A stretch of DNA of 64,000 nt from contig MCFH01000011.1 in NCBI GenBank assembly GCA_002104945.1, forward strand, positions 558,001 to 622,000, in the 5' to 3' direction. Shown here piece after piece: positions 44,073-64,000 of this stretch; position 1 is the stretch's first letter, and each line of letters opens with the position of its first letter. A program made the position numbers and the translations under genes. This DNA is from Piromyces finnis finn. Lineage: Eukaryota; Fungi; Neocallimastigomycota. The notes beneath the pieces are model-generated. The model was not told where the DNA came from, ran no database searches, and saw only the letters and a list, made by a program, of their open reading frames with translations.

Positions 44073-44773
44073 TTTATTTATATTTTAATTATCTTTATTA
44101 GTATGAATTCTCTTCAATTTCAAAAAAAAAAATAATTTTTTTTTGAAATTTTATTTTTAATGATACCGAGGCTTCTCAAAGCAGAAAGTCATTTTTTTTT
44201 TAATCAGCAAGTAGTATATTATAATTATAAATAAACAACTGCTTAAGAAGATAAAGTATAATAATAATATTAATTTTATTAGAATACACCATACTTTTAA
44301 TATATGCAATGCAATATTAAGCAACTCATTATATCTATATCTATTTTTATTTATATATATTTTATTATTTTTATTTATTATTTATTATATCAATATCAAT
44401 ATGTATTATCACCTAATGTTATGTAATATCTCAAATTAAATAAATAAATAAAAGATGTGTATTCTCTTCCTAGTCTAAAAAAAAAAAAAAAAAAAAAAAA
44501 ATTTATTTATATTTTAATTATCTTTATTAGTATGAATTCTCTTCAATTTCAAAAAAAAAAATAATTTTTTTTTGAAATTTTATTTTTAATGATACCGAGG
44601 CTTCTCAAAGCAGAAAGTCATTTTTTTTTTAATCAGCAAGTAGTATATTATAATTATAAATAAACAACTGCTTAAGAAGATAAAGTATAATAATAATATT
44701 AATTTTATTAGAATACACCATACTTTTAATATATGCAATGCAATATTAAGCAAGTCATTATATCTATATCTAT
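43914..44773. repeat. Tandem direct duplication, period about 427 bp, spanning the LINE 3' ends and unique flank
   Basis: atcacctaat at 43981 and 44408; gataccgaggcttctcaaagc occurs twice. The copies differ by poly(A) length (23 vs 25) and one substitution (gcaactc/gcaagtc). Confidence 0.9.
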
Positions 44774-45839
44774 ATTTATTTTATTTTAGTTTAAGCAGAG
44801 CTAATAAAATGAGAAAAAGTTTTTATTTATTTTATTTTCTTTATGTATCATGTATCTTATACAATATTAATATAGTAATAAAAATGTATATTTGAAAAAT
44901 AGTGTAATGTTAAACAATTTATTTTATTATTAAGTATAAAAAGTTTACATATTTAAACTTATTTCATATTTTTAATTATTAATATGTAATTATATAAAAT
45001 TTATAATAGTTATTATTCTTTAATTTCATTAAACATAAATATAAAATGAAAAAATATTTGTTAATTATTTGGAAAACAATTGGAAAGAAATTATATTAAA
45101 TATAAAAGATGAAATAAAATTTACATTTCAAATTTTATATATTTTTAGCTTTTGTCTAACTATTTTTATTATTATTATTTTTGCATGCATGAGATATAAA
45201 TGTTTAATGAAATAAAGTTTGATTATTATTTTAATTAACAATTCTATAGGTATCATTTTGAAAAATAAACAACATTTATTTTTCATAATTGAAATAAGAA
45301 TAAGATTTTAAGGTTTTATCATTTTAATATTAAAAATAAATTAAATAACAAAATATTATAAAATATATAGGTAATTACATATATAAAAGTCCATACATAA
45401 TTAGCCATATCCATCAATATTTAACTATTAATTCGAAAATTTCAATTTATTCTTTTTTTTTTTTTTAATCCTTTGTAGCTTTGTAGAATAAAAGAAAACA
45501 AAAAGTATTTAAAAATTCATGTAAACTTGAAAAATATTATAAAAATAATTGATATTCTATTATATTTTGATAACAATAATAATAAAAAAAATCCACACTT
45601 AATTTTTTTTATAACAAATAACCTTTTTAATTAATATGCGCATTTAAATATATAAAAAAGTTAAATATAATACAACAACATAATAATAAAAATTTTGTTA
45701 TTATTACATTAAATCTATATAGAACAAAGAAAATAATATAGAAAAATAATATTTTTGTATGATTCCAAATAAATAGCAATTAGAAAATTTTGTAATATAA
45801 ATAAAACGAACAACATAAACATTTATACAATCATTAAAT

Positions 45840-51070
<5,231 letters not shown>

Positions 51071-51428
51071 AATATTCAACTTATAGATATCATTTTAGTA
51101 TTACAATTAGCAACATTCAAATTAAAATTTATTATTATTTATGCATAAATACATATATAATTTATTTATTTTTTTCGCATCTTTTTAATATAAGTCATTA
51201 TGATAAATATCATATATATTTTCATTTATTATTATTATTTATTTAAGCTTGAATAGCATATTGCAATTTTCTAATTTTTTTTTTTTCATTAAGGCAATTC
51301 AAATATATATATAGTATATATACTCATTAGTGGATCTGTTACTATTAAAATTTTAACAATTTCAAATAAAAAAAAATTTGAAAATTTACTGATATAACAT
51401 TATAACCTTTATGCATATATATTTAATC

Positions 51429-51464
<36 letters not shown>

Positions 51465-52148
51465 AATTTATTCATACCTTTTTAATAATCAATAAAAGCT
51501 TTCATTAAAAATTACAATTTATTGAATAAAAAAAATATCACCATATATCAAATATTTAATATTGTTAATGATTATTCATATTTTTTAAAATTAATAACAT
51601 AACCCTTTGTAATAATTTAAAATATTACTTTTTTTTTTTATACTTGAAGAAATATAATTATATGTATAACTAAGCAAAACCTTAAATAAATCGAATATTC
51701 TGATATCTAACACAAAAAAAAAAAAAAAATGCTTTTAAAAATTATATATTTCAAATTTAATTAATATATATATATAAATTATTTATTATAACAATTACTG
51801 ATTTCTATAATAAATATTATATAAAATAAAATATATGCTTAATTTCGTTATTGCTTAATTCAATTTAAATATTAGTTATTATAATGAATGGAATAATAGT
51901 CTAGTTAAAAAAATAAATGATGTTATATTACAATATTACTGAATAAAATTATTTATATAAAGATATATAATAAAAGTTGAGCTAAATGATAAAGCATAAT
52001 AATAAATTTAATGATTTTTAATATATCAAGCTTAACATATATTATAAAACTTCTTAACGTTTTCGATATAGAAGGAAATAAAATTTATAGATAATACATA
52101 TATTTTTTGTATCATTTAATATACAAGTTTTTGTAATAGTTAACGATT

Positions 52149-53307
52149 TCAAAATTTATTATTTCCTTTGTTGAAGGGTCTTTTATTTCCAAAGTTATTC
52201 TTTTTAAATTTATTGTTGAATCTTCCTTTATTATAACCTCCTGATTTACCCATTCCATTTTGTAAAACATAATTTCCATACCCATCTCTTTCATATACAG
52301 GGTCTGGAATAAATTTTTTAAATTTTGTAATTTTTGGTTTTCTTTCCTTCATTACACCAGCTTTAATAGATGCTTCAATTATTCTTTTCTTTTGACTTTT
52401 ATGTCTTCTATATCTTCTTTTTTTAAAATCAGAAATATTTATAACCCTATTATTCCAACTAAAAACCTATTGATAAAAATATAATTTTAATTTTTAACGA
52501 TTTTAAAAGTAATAATTGGTGATAATCATTAAATATATACCCATGGAATTTTTGAATCTTCTTCAATTTTATCGACTGAAATTTCTGATTCTTTAAATTG
52601 TTTTTCTCTTTCTTCTTCTAATTCACTTTTATATCCATTGATATTAATAAAAATTTTTAATTATATTAATTTATTATAACTTATTATAATTAGGAATCAT
52701 ATAAATTACCTTTCATAATCATATGTATTTTTATGTGCATAATTTACAATTTTAGGAAGTTGAGGATTGAGTGTAACATTTATTGGTGGTTTATTCAATA
52801 ACTTAAAAGGAACTTTCAAAGATAAAAAAGAGAAGACAAGAAAAAGAATGTAAAAAAAAAAAGGAATTAATATAAATTTATAATATAATAAAAATAATAT
52901 CATTTCTTTTTTATATGATACTAACTTCCTTTTAAACCATATAATGGTCCATTTTCTAAATAATATAATATATAAAAATTTTGTTTTATTTTTAATATAA
53001 TAATTATAACAATTTTTGAAATTAAATAATAATAAAGTTATTAATTAATATATATTCTTTTTTTCTTTTTCTTTTTTAAATGTTATTCTATTAGAATTTA
53101 TTATTTCTTACCACTTCTATCGAATTCTTCACTACCTCCAGGCTTTTTTTTGTGTGCTACTAATTCAAATTTTATAAATGAATCTAAGCGCTTATATAAA
53201 CCAGATTTAATTTCTTCAGTAATAACAACATCTTCAAAGAGCCTTTCCTTTTTTTTAATATAATATTTATCGATATCCTCTTCACTATCTGAAAATAAAA
53301 TTTTCAT
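52149..53307 (-). CDS. Conserved hypothetical protein, possibly DUF2011-like, with basic C-terminus; about 5 exons
   Basis: Exons join in frame with GT-AG junctions. Contains ELEEEREKQFKESEISVDKIEEDSKIPW, recalled as resembling fungal DUF2011; the family call is weak. Confidence 0.55.
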
Positions 53308-53565
53308 TTTTTTATAATTATAAAAATTTATATTTTAAAATAAATTAAAAGAATTAAGATTAAATAAACCTATATCATAGATCTATGTTATTCAATAATT
53401 TATATAATTTTGCCAATCATATAATTATTTGATTATTGACATTTATAATGATAGTCATGTGAAATACCATCAACTATCATTTTACATATTTAATAATAAA
53501 TTTAAAATTCATTTTTTTTATATTTTTAAAGCGTAAATAATTATATATAATACATATAATACATT

Positions 53566-54721
53566 ATGGAAGAACTTGTTGATTGGGTTAATGAGAACTT
53601 AAAAAAATTAAATATTGAAGATGAGGTATCATATGCTATTTTCTTGAAACTATTTATTATTGTTTTAATTTGAAGAATTATTTTATTAATTGGAATATTA
53701 TTATATATTCTTCGAATATGAAATAAGTGTATATTGAAATTGATGATTTATACTAACATCAACAAAAATGATATTTTCAAATAGACAGTATCCGAATATA
53801 TAGCAGGAATAGTTGAAGAAATCGAAGATGAAGAAGAATGTAAAGAGGCAGTAGAAGGATATTTAGTTGAAGCCACAGTATGTAGTAAAATATTATATCA
53901 ATAAAATGTTAAAAAAATAATTTAACTGAAGTACGTCATAATATACATTTATACGTTAAAAGGAAGAACCTATAGAAGAATTTATGAATGAATTATTCGA
54001 ATATTCATCAAAAATAAAGCAAAAAGAGTTACAAAGACAAGAAGAAGAAAAAATAAAAAGACAAAATGAAGCTAAACGTAAATATTCTTCAATTTTATTA
54101 GAAGCATTGACATTTATAAATAATTCTATATTATTTCTATAACCAAATAGTAATCAAATTTACAAATTCATTTTTTTTATCTTATTTTACTTTTATAAAC
54201 ACTATTAAAATTAAATAGAAAAAGAATTAGAAATTTTAAATGTTGAATCAAAAAAAGAAACTACAAAAGTTCAATTAACTGATAAAGAAAGAGAAAAAAG
54301 AGAAAAGTTTTTAGAAAAATATGCATACAATTTAGATAGAATTACTCAAAATGAAAATGGTGAAGATGAAATTGAATATATTGACCATTCAGTTGATGCC
54401 CAAGGTTTGTTAAATTATTAATGTTAATATTAAATATATTTTTAATTATTGATATTTGATATTATATTAGGAAAGAATCATTGAATTAATTGAATATTAT
54501 TATTATTATATATATTATATATATTATATATGGAAGATGATTTTATTCCAAAGAATAACAATGCTGATATTGTTAAGGAAAAGGAAAGAAAGCAAAGAAT
54601 GGAAGCCAAGAAAAAGCATATGCAAAAGGTTGAAAGAGATAAGAAGTTATTAGAAAAGCAAAGATTAGATAAAGAAAAAGAAAAGAGAAGAACACAAAAA
54701 AGAGAAAAGCGTAGAATGTAA
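53566..54721 (+). CDS. CCDC43: CCDC43-like protein (N-terminal PWI-like helical domain, charged coiled-coil), 5 exons
   Basis: MEELVDWVNENLKKLNIEDE/TVSEYIAGIV...; C-terminal KNNNADIVKEKERKQR...EKEKRRTQKREKRRM matches the CCDC43 terminus pattern. Confidence 0.75.
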
Positions 54722-55137
54722 AATAATAACTATTTTTTCATCGTGTTTAACAAATTCTCGATATATAACATTACTTTTATAGTATAGTAATATTAATCCT
54801 AAAAGAAAATAATTTTAGTGTATTCATTTATTTTAAATATACCTATTAAAATACCAAAAAGTAAATTCTATTTTAATTACATTTTATAAATAAATCTATT
54901 AAAACACAAAAATAAAATAAAAAACAAAAAATCAATTATAAATATTATTATATACGGCGGTTTATTTAATTATTTTTAAGAAATAAATTTAAATATATTT
55001 AACTTTATATGTGTTAAGTGTATTTTAAATTCTTAAGTATTAACATATTTTTAATACAAAATGATAATTACATATTATTTAATAATAATATATATCTTAT
55101 TGAAATAGAATAGTAGCATAGTTATTTTAATATTAGA

Positions 55138-56844
55138 TTAACCTTTATTCATACGGTTTCCCCATCCTTTTGGATTATCATCTTTGAAGTCATCCCATTT
55201 TCTTTGTTTTAAGGTTTCAGCATCAAGAGCGTCTTCATCATTATCATCAATAATCTTCTTTTTTGGTTCACTTTTCATATTATGTAATAACAGTAGAAAT
55301 TATTAATAGCGTATTATTATTATTTAATTGATTGTTTATTTTTTCTTATAAATTTTAGTATAAAATTTCTTAAAAAAAGCTTACGTTCCACCAGATAAAA
55401 TATTTCCACGTTTTCTTTCATTTTCTAAGAATTCATCAATAGTCATTGTTGGTAAATTATGACTTGGTCTGAAAACTTGGTTAAGTCTTTCTTTTTGATC
55501 AACGATCACAAATGGTCTTAAAGGCTATTTGATTAACAATGTTGTTTAAAATTTGGATTTAATGATATAACTTTGAAATAAAATATTTTTAAGAAAATTT
55601 GCTTACTTTTCCCTTTTGTGATAATAATGGTCCAGATGTTGGAATTGGTGCAAAGTTATTTGCAGAATTATCAACCCTTTCGGAGTTTGGTCCTTGTTTT
55701 TCTCTCATTTGTTTCATCATTTTAACCATTTCCATTTCATCCTTTATCATTTCCAAGTCTTGAATTGTTTGTTGAATAAACAAATCAATATTTGTTAAAA
55801 TTAAATTACGAGTAATTTCTTCATCAACATTTTCTTCTCCTCTTTCTGATGCAATTTGTATTTGTTTTGTTAATTCCTAGAGCCAATGATATTATATTTT
55901 ATTTAATTATTTGTAAATTGTAGATTGTATTGACAAATATATTGATAATTTTACATTTTTAAAATTAGAATTTCTATATTTTAAAATAAATGTATTATTC
56001 ATAAAATTATAATTAATTTAAAATTAAAATTACTTCAATTTTATTTTTTGTTTCTTTTTCTCTTTTATATCTTGCAATTTTTTCTTCTCTATTTCTGGAA
56101 GCATTAAAAGTTTTATTTGTTAATTTAGCTTCTAAGTATTCTTTATCCTTAAATATAAAATTTATTTTTATATATATTTTAAACTTCAATAAATTTCAAT
56201 GAATCTTTGATATAAATATTATATAATTTTAAAGTTTACATTTTGTGAAAAGAGTTCATATAATTCACAATTACTTAAATATTCATTCAAATGACTCTAT
56301 AAATAAATATAAAGAGATATATATAAAATTAGATTTTAAATCTTCGATTCTTAAATATTAATATAAATTTAAATTTACTTTAGCAGTTTCTAATATTTTT
56401 TCTCTATCAGAATTTGGATTTACTATTTTTAAGTAGAGTTCACCCAAATAAACCTTAATTAAGAGGAATCTTTATTGAAATTTCATTAATTAAAATTTTA
56501 TTTAAAAAACTTTTAATATTTTTTTTAAATTTCAAAATCTGAAATGTTAAATTACTTTAAATCTGAGGTATTGATATCATCCACTGTTTCGTTTATACTG
56601 AAAATACTTAATTGCTGAACTAAAATTGAAGCTCTTGTAAAATGTCTTATGGCATCATTTACTTGTTTCTAAAAAATAATTCATATATAGTATTTAATTA
56701 TAATTTTTATTGCAGGGTATTTAAATTATATAATATTACTTGGAAATTTTCATCATTTGAAGAAAGAGTGGAATTAATTATATCATTATATAATTTTTGA
56801 CCAACTTCGAACTCTTCTTTAAGAGTTAAATTATTATCTGTCAT
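55138..56844 (-). CDS. TAP42: TAP42/IGBP1 (alpha4) PP2A-family phosphatase regulator, multi-exon
   Basis: SIFSINETVDDINTSDLK, QVFRPSHNLPTMTIDE, KQRKWDDFKDDNPKGWGNRMNKG* are characteristic Tap42 motifs. Confidence 0.92.
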
Positions 56845-57224
56845 TCTTTATTAATTTTAGATATATTTTAATAAAAATGAGTAAGAAAAAAAAAAAAAAA
56901 AAAAGCTTTTTTGACATAAAATACTAAAAAATAATATTTAATAGAAATCAATTATTCTTTAAATTTAAATGTGATTTTTTTAATTTCTAATCAATTTATT
57001 ATTATTATCATTTTCCTTTATGCGAAAAAAATAATATTTAATGATTTATTATACATTTATTCATATATTAATATTTTTTATTTTTCGATAAAATACATAC
57101 TTAATTTAAAATAATTAAAGAATCAACTTTTTTTTTAATATATTTTTTAAAAAAATAAGATATTATACTTTTGTTACTTTTTTTTTTTTTTGTAATGCTA
57201 TTAAAAAAAGAGCGAACAAACTAC

Positions 57225-57259
<35 letters not shown>

Positions 57260-57700
57260 AAAACCACGTCACAAATAATTTAAGTTTTTTTTTTTTTAAT
57301 TAATATTTTAATTTTAGTATTATTAAATAAAATATTATTAAATATTAATGGTTACATAAATATATTTATGCAAAATTCAAAAACTTTTTTTATATATAGT
57401 TAAATATAATATCTATAAAGAAAAAAAGATAAATAAAAATCTATAAAGAGGAGAATATAAATCGCTAATTAATAAAATAACAGCATGTATTAAAATCTTT
57501 ACTTTTACATTAATAAAATAGCATTTCTTTTGAAGAAATTGTTAAAATAATGTGATATGTAATACAATGACAAATTTGTATTATATGCTTATTAATTTAT
57601 AAATATTCGATATAAATATTACTATAGTTATTATAATTAAAATAAAACTTTTTTTTAAAAAGTTTTAAATTATTTATGTTGTAAATGAATAACGTAAAAA

Positions 57701-59948
<2,248 letters not shown>

Positions 59949-60326
59949 TTTTTATATATACAAATTTGAATAACTAAAATATTTTATTTTCCTAATATAA
60001 TTGATAAATTTTAAACTATAATGGATTTTTAAATTAAGGATTATAATGAAATATATAGTAATGAAATATATCGTGCTGTTGCAATGTCTTAAAATTTATT
60101 ATATAATATTTAGTTCTTAAGTTGGTTATTTATTATATAAATACGTTAAGTATTTTTTTTATTTTAATAATGCTATTATTATTTTAGTTTTCGAATATTA
60201 TTTATTTTATTTTATGTTTTATTTTACAATTATTTTATTTCTTATTTATTATAATTTTCCATTTAAAATTTTTCGAATTTTTCAAAACTGTAAATCATAT
60301 AAAATTTTTTAAATCTTAAAGTACTT

Positions 60327-60342
60327 TGTTAACATGTTAACA
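60327..60342. promoter_or_regulatory. 16-bp perfect palindrome TGTTAACATGTTAACA, RFX X-box-like, in the divergent RIB43A/CFAP210 promoter
   Basis: The palindrome is read directly. The core GTTAAC-AT-GTTAAC has X-box geometry but deviates symmetrically at positions 5 and 10. Confidence 0.3.
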
Positions 60343-60889
60343 TTTCAAATAATTTTAAATTATGTTAAATTATATTAATTTAACTTTTTAGGTTTTACTT
60401 TTTATTATTATTATTATTTTTTTAAAAAAAAGAACAGTAGTATTAACATTTTATCTATTAGTTTATAATATACATTTAAAATATTTTCATTGAATGATAT
60501 ATATAATAAAATGCATTTACTTTTATTCAAAGCTATATGAAATTATTATACTTTTTTTTTTTTTTAATTTATCAATTAAAATAATTAATCTTATAATTAA
60601 TTTTAACATATCTCTATCACCAAAAAATTAATAATAAACATTAGGAAAAAAACTTTTTGTTAAAATTCTTCCTTGGTAATAAAGTTTTTATAAATTTTGA
60701 AAAATTTATTAAGAAATCATTGGTTATCGAAATTTAAATTGTTTTTGAAATATTATGAAAGAACAATTAAATTGTTAAGAAATTTAGAATAAAAAAAATA
60801 AATTATATATATGATAATCTCTCAAGGATACCATTAAAATTAAATAAAAGAGAATACAATTATAAATATTAATATAAAAAATTTTAAAG

Positions 60890-61235
60890 ATGGAAGCAGT
60901 TCATAATGTAACAACTGAATATGATTTGAATGAAGTGAATTTAAACAATCTTCTTAAAACAATAGGGTATTATCCAGGAGATAAACCTTCTTTACCAACA
61001 ACGTAAATGAATAAGCATGATTTGCAAGTTTATATAATTTCAGTTGATATAATGATATTAATATTAATTAAAATAAATAATTATTATAAAAATAAATCTA
61101 TATACTATATATGTAGACAAGTAGTTCAACCAAACGGCCCAATTATAGATGGTTTAGAATTTCTTCGAATTAATAATTCAATATCAAAAGATGATCAATT
61201 ACAGAAAAAAATAAGACAAAATGAGGTAAATATTA

Positions 61236-61284
<49 letters not shown>

Positions 61285-63366
61285 TTATTTATAATATTTA
61301 TTTTTTTTTAATTTATAAATGATAATATTAAAATAAATATTAGAAAGAATATCTTCATAAAAGATCACAAGATAGAATAAAAAATTGGAAAAATACAATT
61401 ACAGGACAAAGAAGAATAAAATTAGAGAAAAGAAAAAAGGAAATGGAAGAGTTAGAAGAAAAAAGAAAAAAAGAAAATGAAATATTTTTGGAAAAAGAAA
61501 AAAAAAGAAGTGAAGAAATGATGGAAAAACTTAAACAGATAAGAATTCAAGAATTAGATTCAGTTAAAGCTTTTAATAGTAAACTACGATACTTCGAAGT
61601 TCAAAAGGTAATAGAAAATTATGAAATATAGTATTACATTCAAATTATAAATATCATAAATATAATTAAAATATACTTTATAGGAAAGAAAATTACAAAT
61701 AGAAAAGAAAAAATTAAGACAGAAAATTCAGGAGGAATATGACAGACAGGTAGATGAACATTATAAAGAACTTAAAAAGATGGAAGCTGAAGAAGATAAA
61801 TTAAAATTAAATGAAAAGTTAAAAGAAGCAAAAATAATTGATGATTATAATCAAGCATTAAGAAATAAAAGAAAAATCGAGAAAGCTTTACTTAAACAAG
61901 TAATTTTTTTAAACACATAGTATATAAAAATAATTAAAAATCTTTTTATATGAATATTTTTTTTTATTTTATAGTTGTTTATAATTAATATATATATTAT
62001 ATGTATTGTAGGAAGAATTAAAAGAACAAGAAAAAGCTATTAAAAAAGATAAAGAAGAAAAAGAAAAGAAAAAAATAGAAGAATTAAAAGAAAAAGAAAA
62101 ACAAAAGGTTTTATATGAGAATTTTAAGCAGAAGGAAATAGAAAATAGAATGAAAAAAGACAGAATGAAATTAATAGAAGAAGAAACATTGAATGAAATT
62201 AATCAATATATTGAAAAGAAAAAATTACAAGATGAATTACGCCAACAACGTGAAATTGAATTAAGAAATAAAAACAACCCAAACAAAGAATATATATATA
62301 AATTATTAGAAAATGATAATATAAAGAAAAAGAAAGCAATAGAAGACTTTCAAACAAAATGGCTTAATGTTGAAGATATGCAAACTAAAAGTGAAAGAGA
62401 AAGAGAAAGAAAAGATGCTCAATTTAAAAAAGAATTATATAATGCATATTTGGAGAAAGTAATACCATTTATTAAATAAGAATATTTACAACATTTAGTT
62501 TTATTTAAAAATTAAAAACTATTATTATATTAATAATCAATATATTATTATATATTATTAAATATATTAAATTAAAAAAAAAAAAAAAGATGGAAGAAAA
62601 AAGAAAGAAAAAGGAACTTCAAGAGAAAAAGAGTTTAGAAATAAGTAAAATATTAAAAGAATATGATGAATGTACAAAAAAAATGGAACAATATAAAAAT
62701 GATCAAAAAAAACTAGAAATAGAACAATTAGCTAAATTAAATAAAATTCTAAAAGTAATATAAATTTCTAATTACAGTATTTATGTATATAATTAAAATA
62801 ATAACTATAGATAGGATTTTAAAATATGACTTAAATGTATATATATATTATTGTTATTTTTAAAATATTATATGGTACATAAAGGAGGAACAATCAGAAA
62901 GAAAAAAAAAATATAAAGAAGATAGAAATGCTTGGAGACAGTTAATTAAAGAAAATCAAGATCAAGAAAGAAAAGATTATGAGGAATATATTAAAAGTAT
63001 TGGTAATTTAAGTTGGGCAAAAGAGAATGAACCACTTCAACGTTATATTAAAGATCAATTAGATAATGAAGTATCAACATCAGGATCTAGACGTTATATG
63101 TATGGAAATATTAATACAATAGTGAGTATAAACTTTAAATATTATATAAAATTAAAAAATAGAATAAATAATAATTATATTAATATCACTTTTATATTAA
63201 TAATAAATAGAATAATACTTGGGAAAGACTTGGATTTACAGATAAACTTAAAACAAGCGATATGAAATTATCAAGTCAGACTGTTGGCTCACATGAAGAA
63301 TATTTAAAAAATATAGAGAATAAAAAATATATTCCAATTAATTATGAATCAAAAGATTTCCATTAA
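60890..63366 (+). CDS. CFAP210: CFAP210/CCDC173-like trichoplein-family ciliary microtubule inner protein, multi-exon
   Basis: KEYLHKRSQDRIKNWKNTITGQRRIKLEKRKKEMEE and ELDSVKAFNSKLRYFEVQKERKLQIE parallel the CCDC173 segments LH.RSQ.VVK.W.NT..G...KLE and TDRVK.FHS.L.LS.V.KERDAQIE; last exon NTWERLGFT. Confidence 0.75.
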
Positions 63367-64000
63367 AAATATTATGATAACACTCTTTTAATTATTAGAT
63401 ATTTCCAATAATATCATGTAAATCAAATATATTTAATATTATATAAATCTCAACATATTTTAAATTTATTTTAATAAGACTTTTAAACACAATAATTTAC
63501 CATTATATATATCAATTTTATTTCAACACATAAAAAAAGATCATTTCAATTTTTTTTTATTTTTTTTAGAGCAATTCAGTTCAATCATATATTAGTTATA
63601 TCATTTTGCATTTTTTTTTTTTTTTTATAATTTCATTTTTACAAAAATCTTAAGCATTTATATATTAACAACAACACTTGCATCTTTCATTTTCATTCCA
63701 TTTATATTAATATAAAATTTTAATTATTAATAATTAACTTTTATTTTTTTTTCTTAATATATATTACATATTAACTGCATTGTATTATCTATCATGATAA
63801 TTAAAAACCCTTTTTTTTTTTTTTTAAAAAATAGGGGAAAATTAATAGAAATAAATAAATAAATAAATAAATAAAGAAGTAAAATATATAAAAGATTTAA
63901 GAATTATTTATCATTTCGTATATTAACTCCGCATAATTCATTTCTTCAATATAAATAGAATAAATATCAACATTTACTTTTTTTGCAATTTTTTTTGTAT

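Larger units (their letters stand above)
38000..44132 (+). mobile_element. Old, decayed non-LTR retrotransposon 3' fragment (family 2-old), split by later insertions; own pieces about 38000-38501, 40303-40513 and 44085-44132
   Basis: With the inserts removed, the sequence aligns by eye to the 3' part of the family-2 LINE: gtaatcaa.ag...gatatgg.aaaggaacatt; gaatgaaaacatt; ttaggtagg..ccaa..c.cac.agtacaaattgcagagttca; terminal attctcttc followed by (A)11. The RVT..C.......GY spacing is retained near 38010. The 5' boundary is approximate. Confidence 0.65.

Overview
Eukaryotic, extremely AT-rich genomic DNA with short GT-AG introns and long (ATT/AAT)n microsatellites. The AT richness, an intronless bacterial-type GH10 xylanase, a Clostridia-like rubrerythrin and flagellar microtubule inner-protein genes together point to an anaerobic gut fungus (Neocallimastigomycota); this is inferred. 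About 17 protein-coding genes are supported: GH10 (truncated at the window edge), an orphan membrane protein, HRQ1 helicase, RPA12, CenH3/CENP-A, HRP1-like RRM protein, rubrerythrin, CTP synthase, TMEM18, GPAT, RPL27, FAM13-like RhoGAP, a DUF2011-like protein, CCDC43, TAP42/IGBP1, RIB43A and CFAP210/CCDC173. Three things stand out. (1) The rubrerythrin appears to have gained a spliced, in-frame 5' exon encoding a KKRK NLS-like peptide. (2) A three-level nest of four same-orientation non-LTR retrotransposons lies at about 38.0-44.1 kb; three have recoverable TSDs, and one inserted at the position homologous to its own 5' end in a related LINE. (3) Two axonemal MIP genes sit head-to-head around a 16-bp X-box-like palindrome. 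All family calls come from motif recognition by eye; no database searches were run, and internal exon boundaries of the long genes are approximate.
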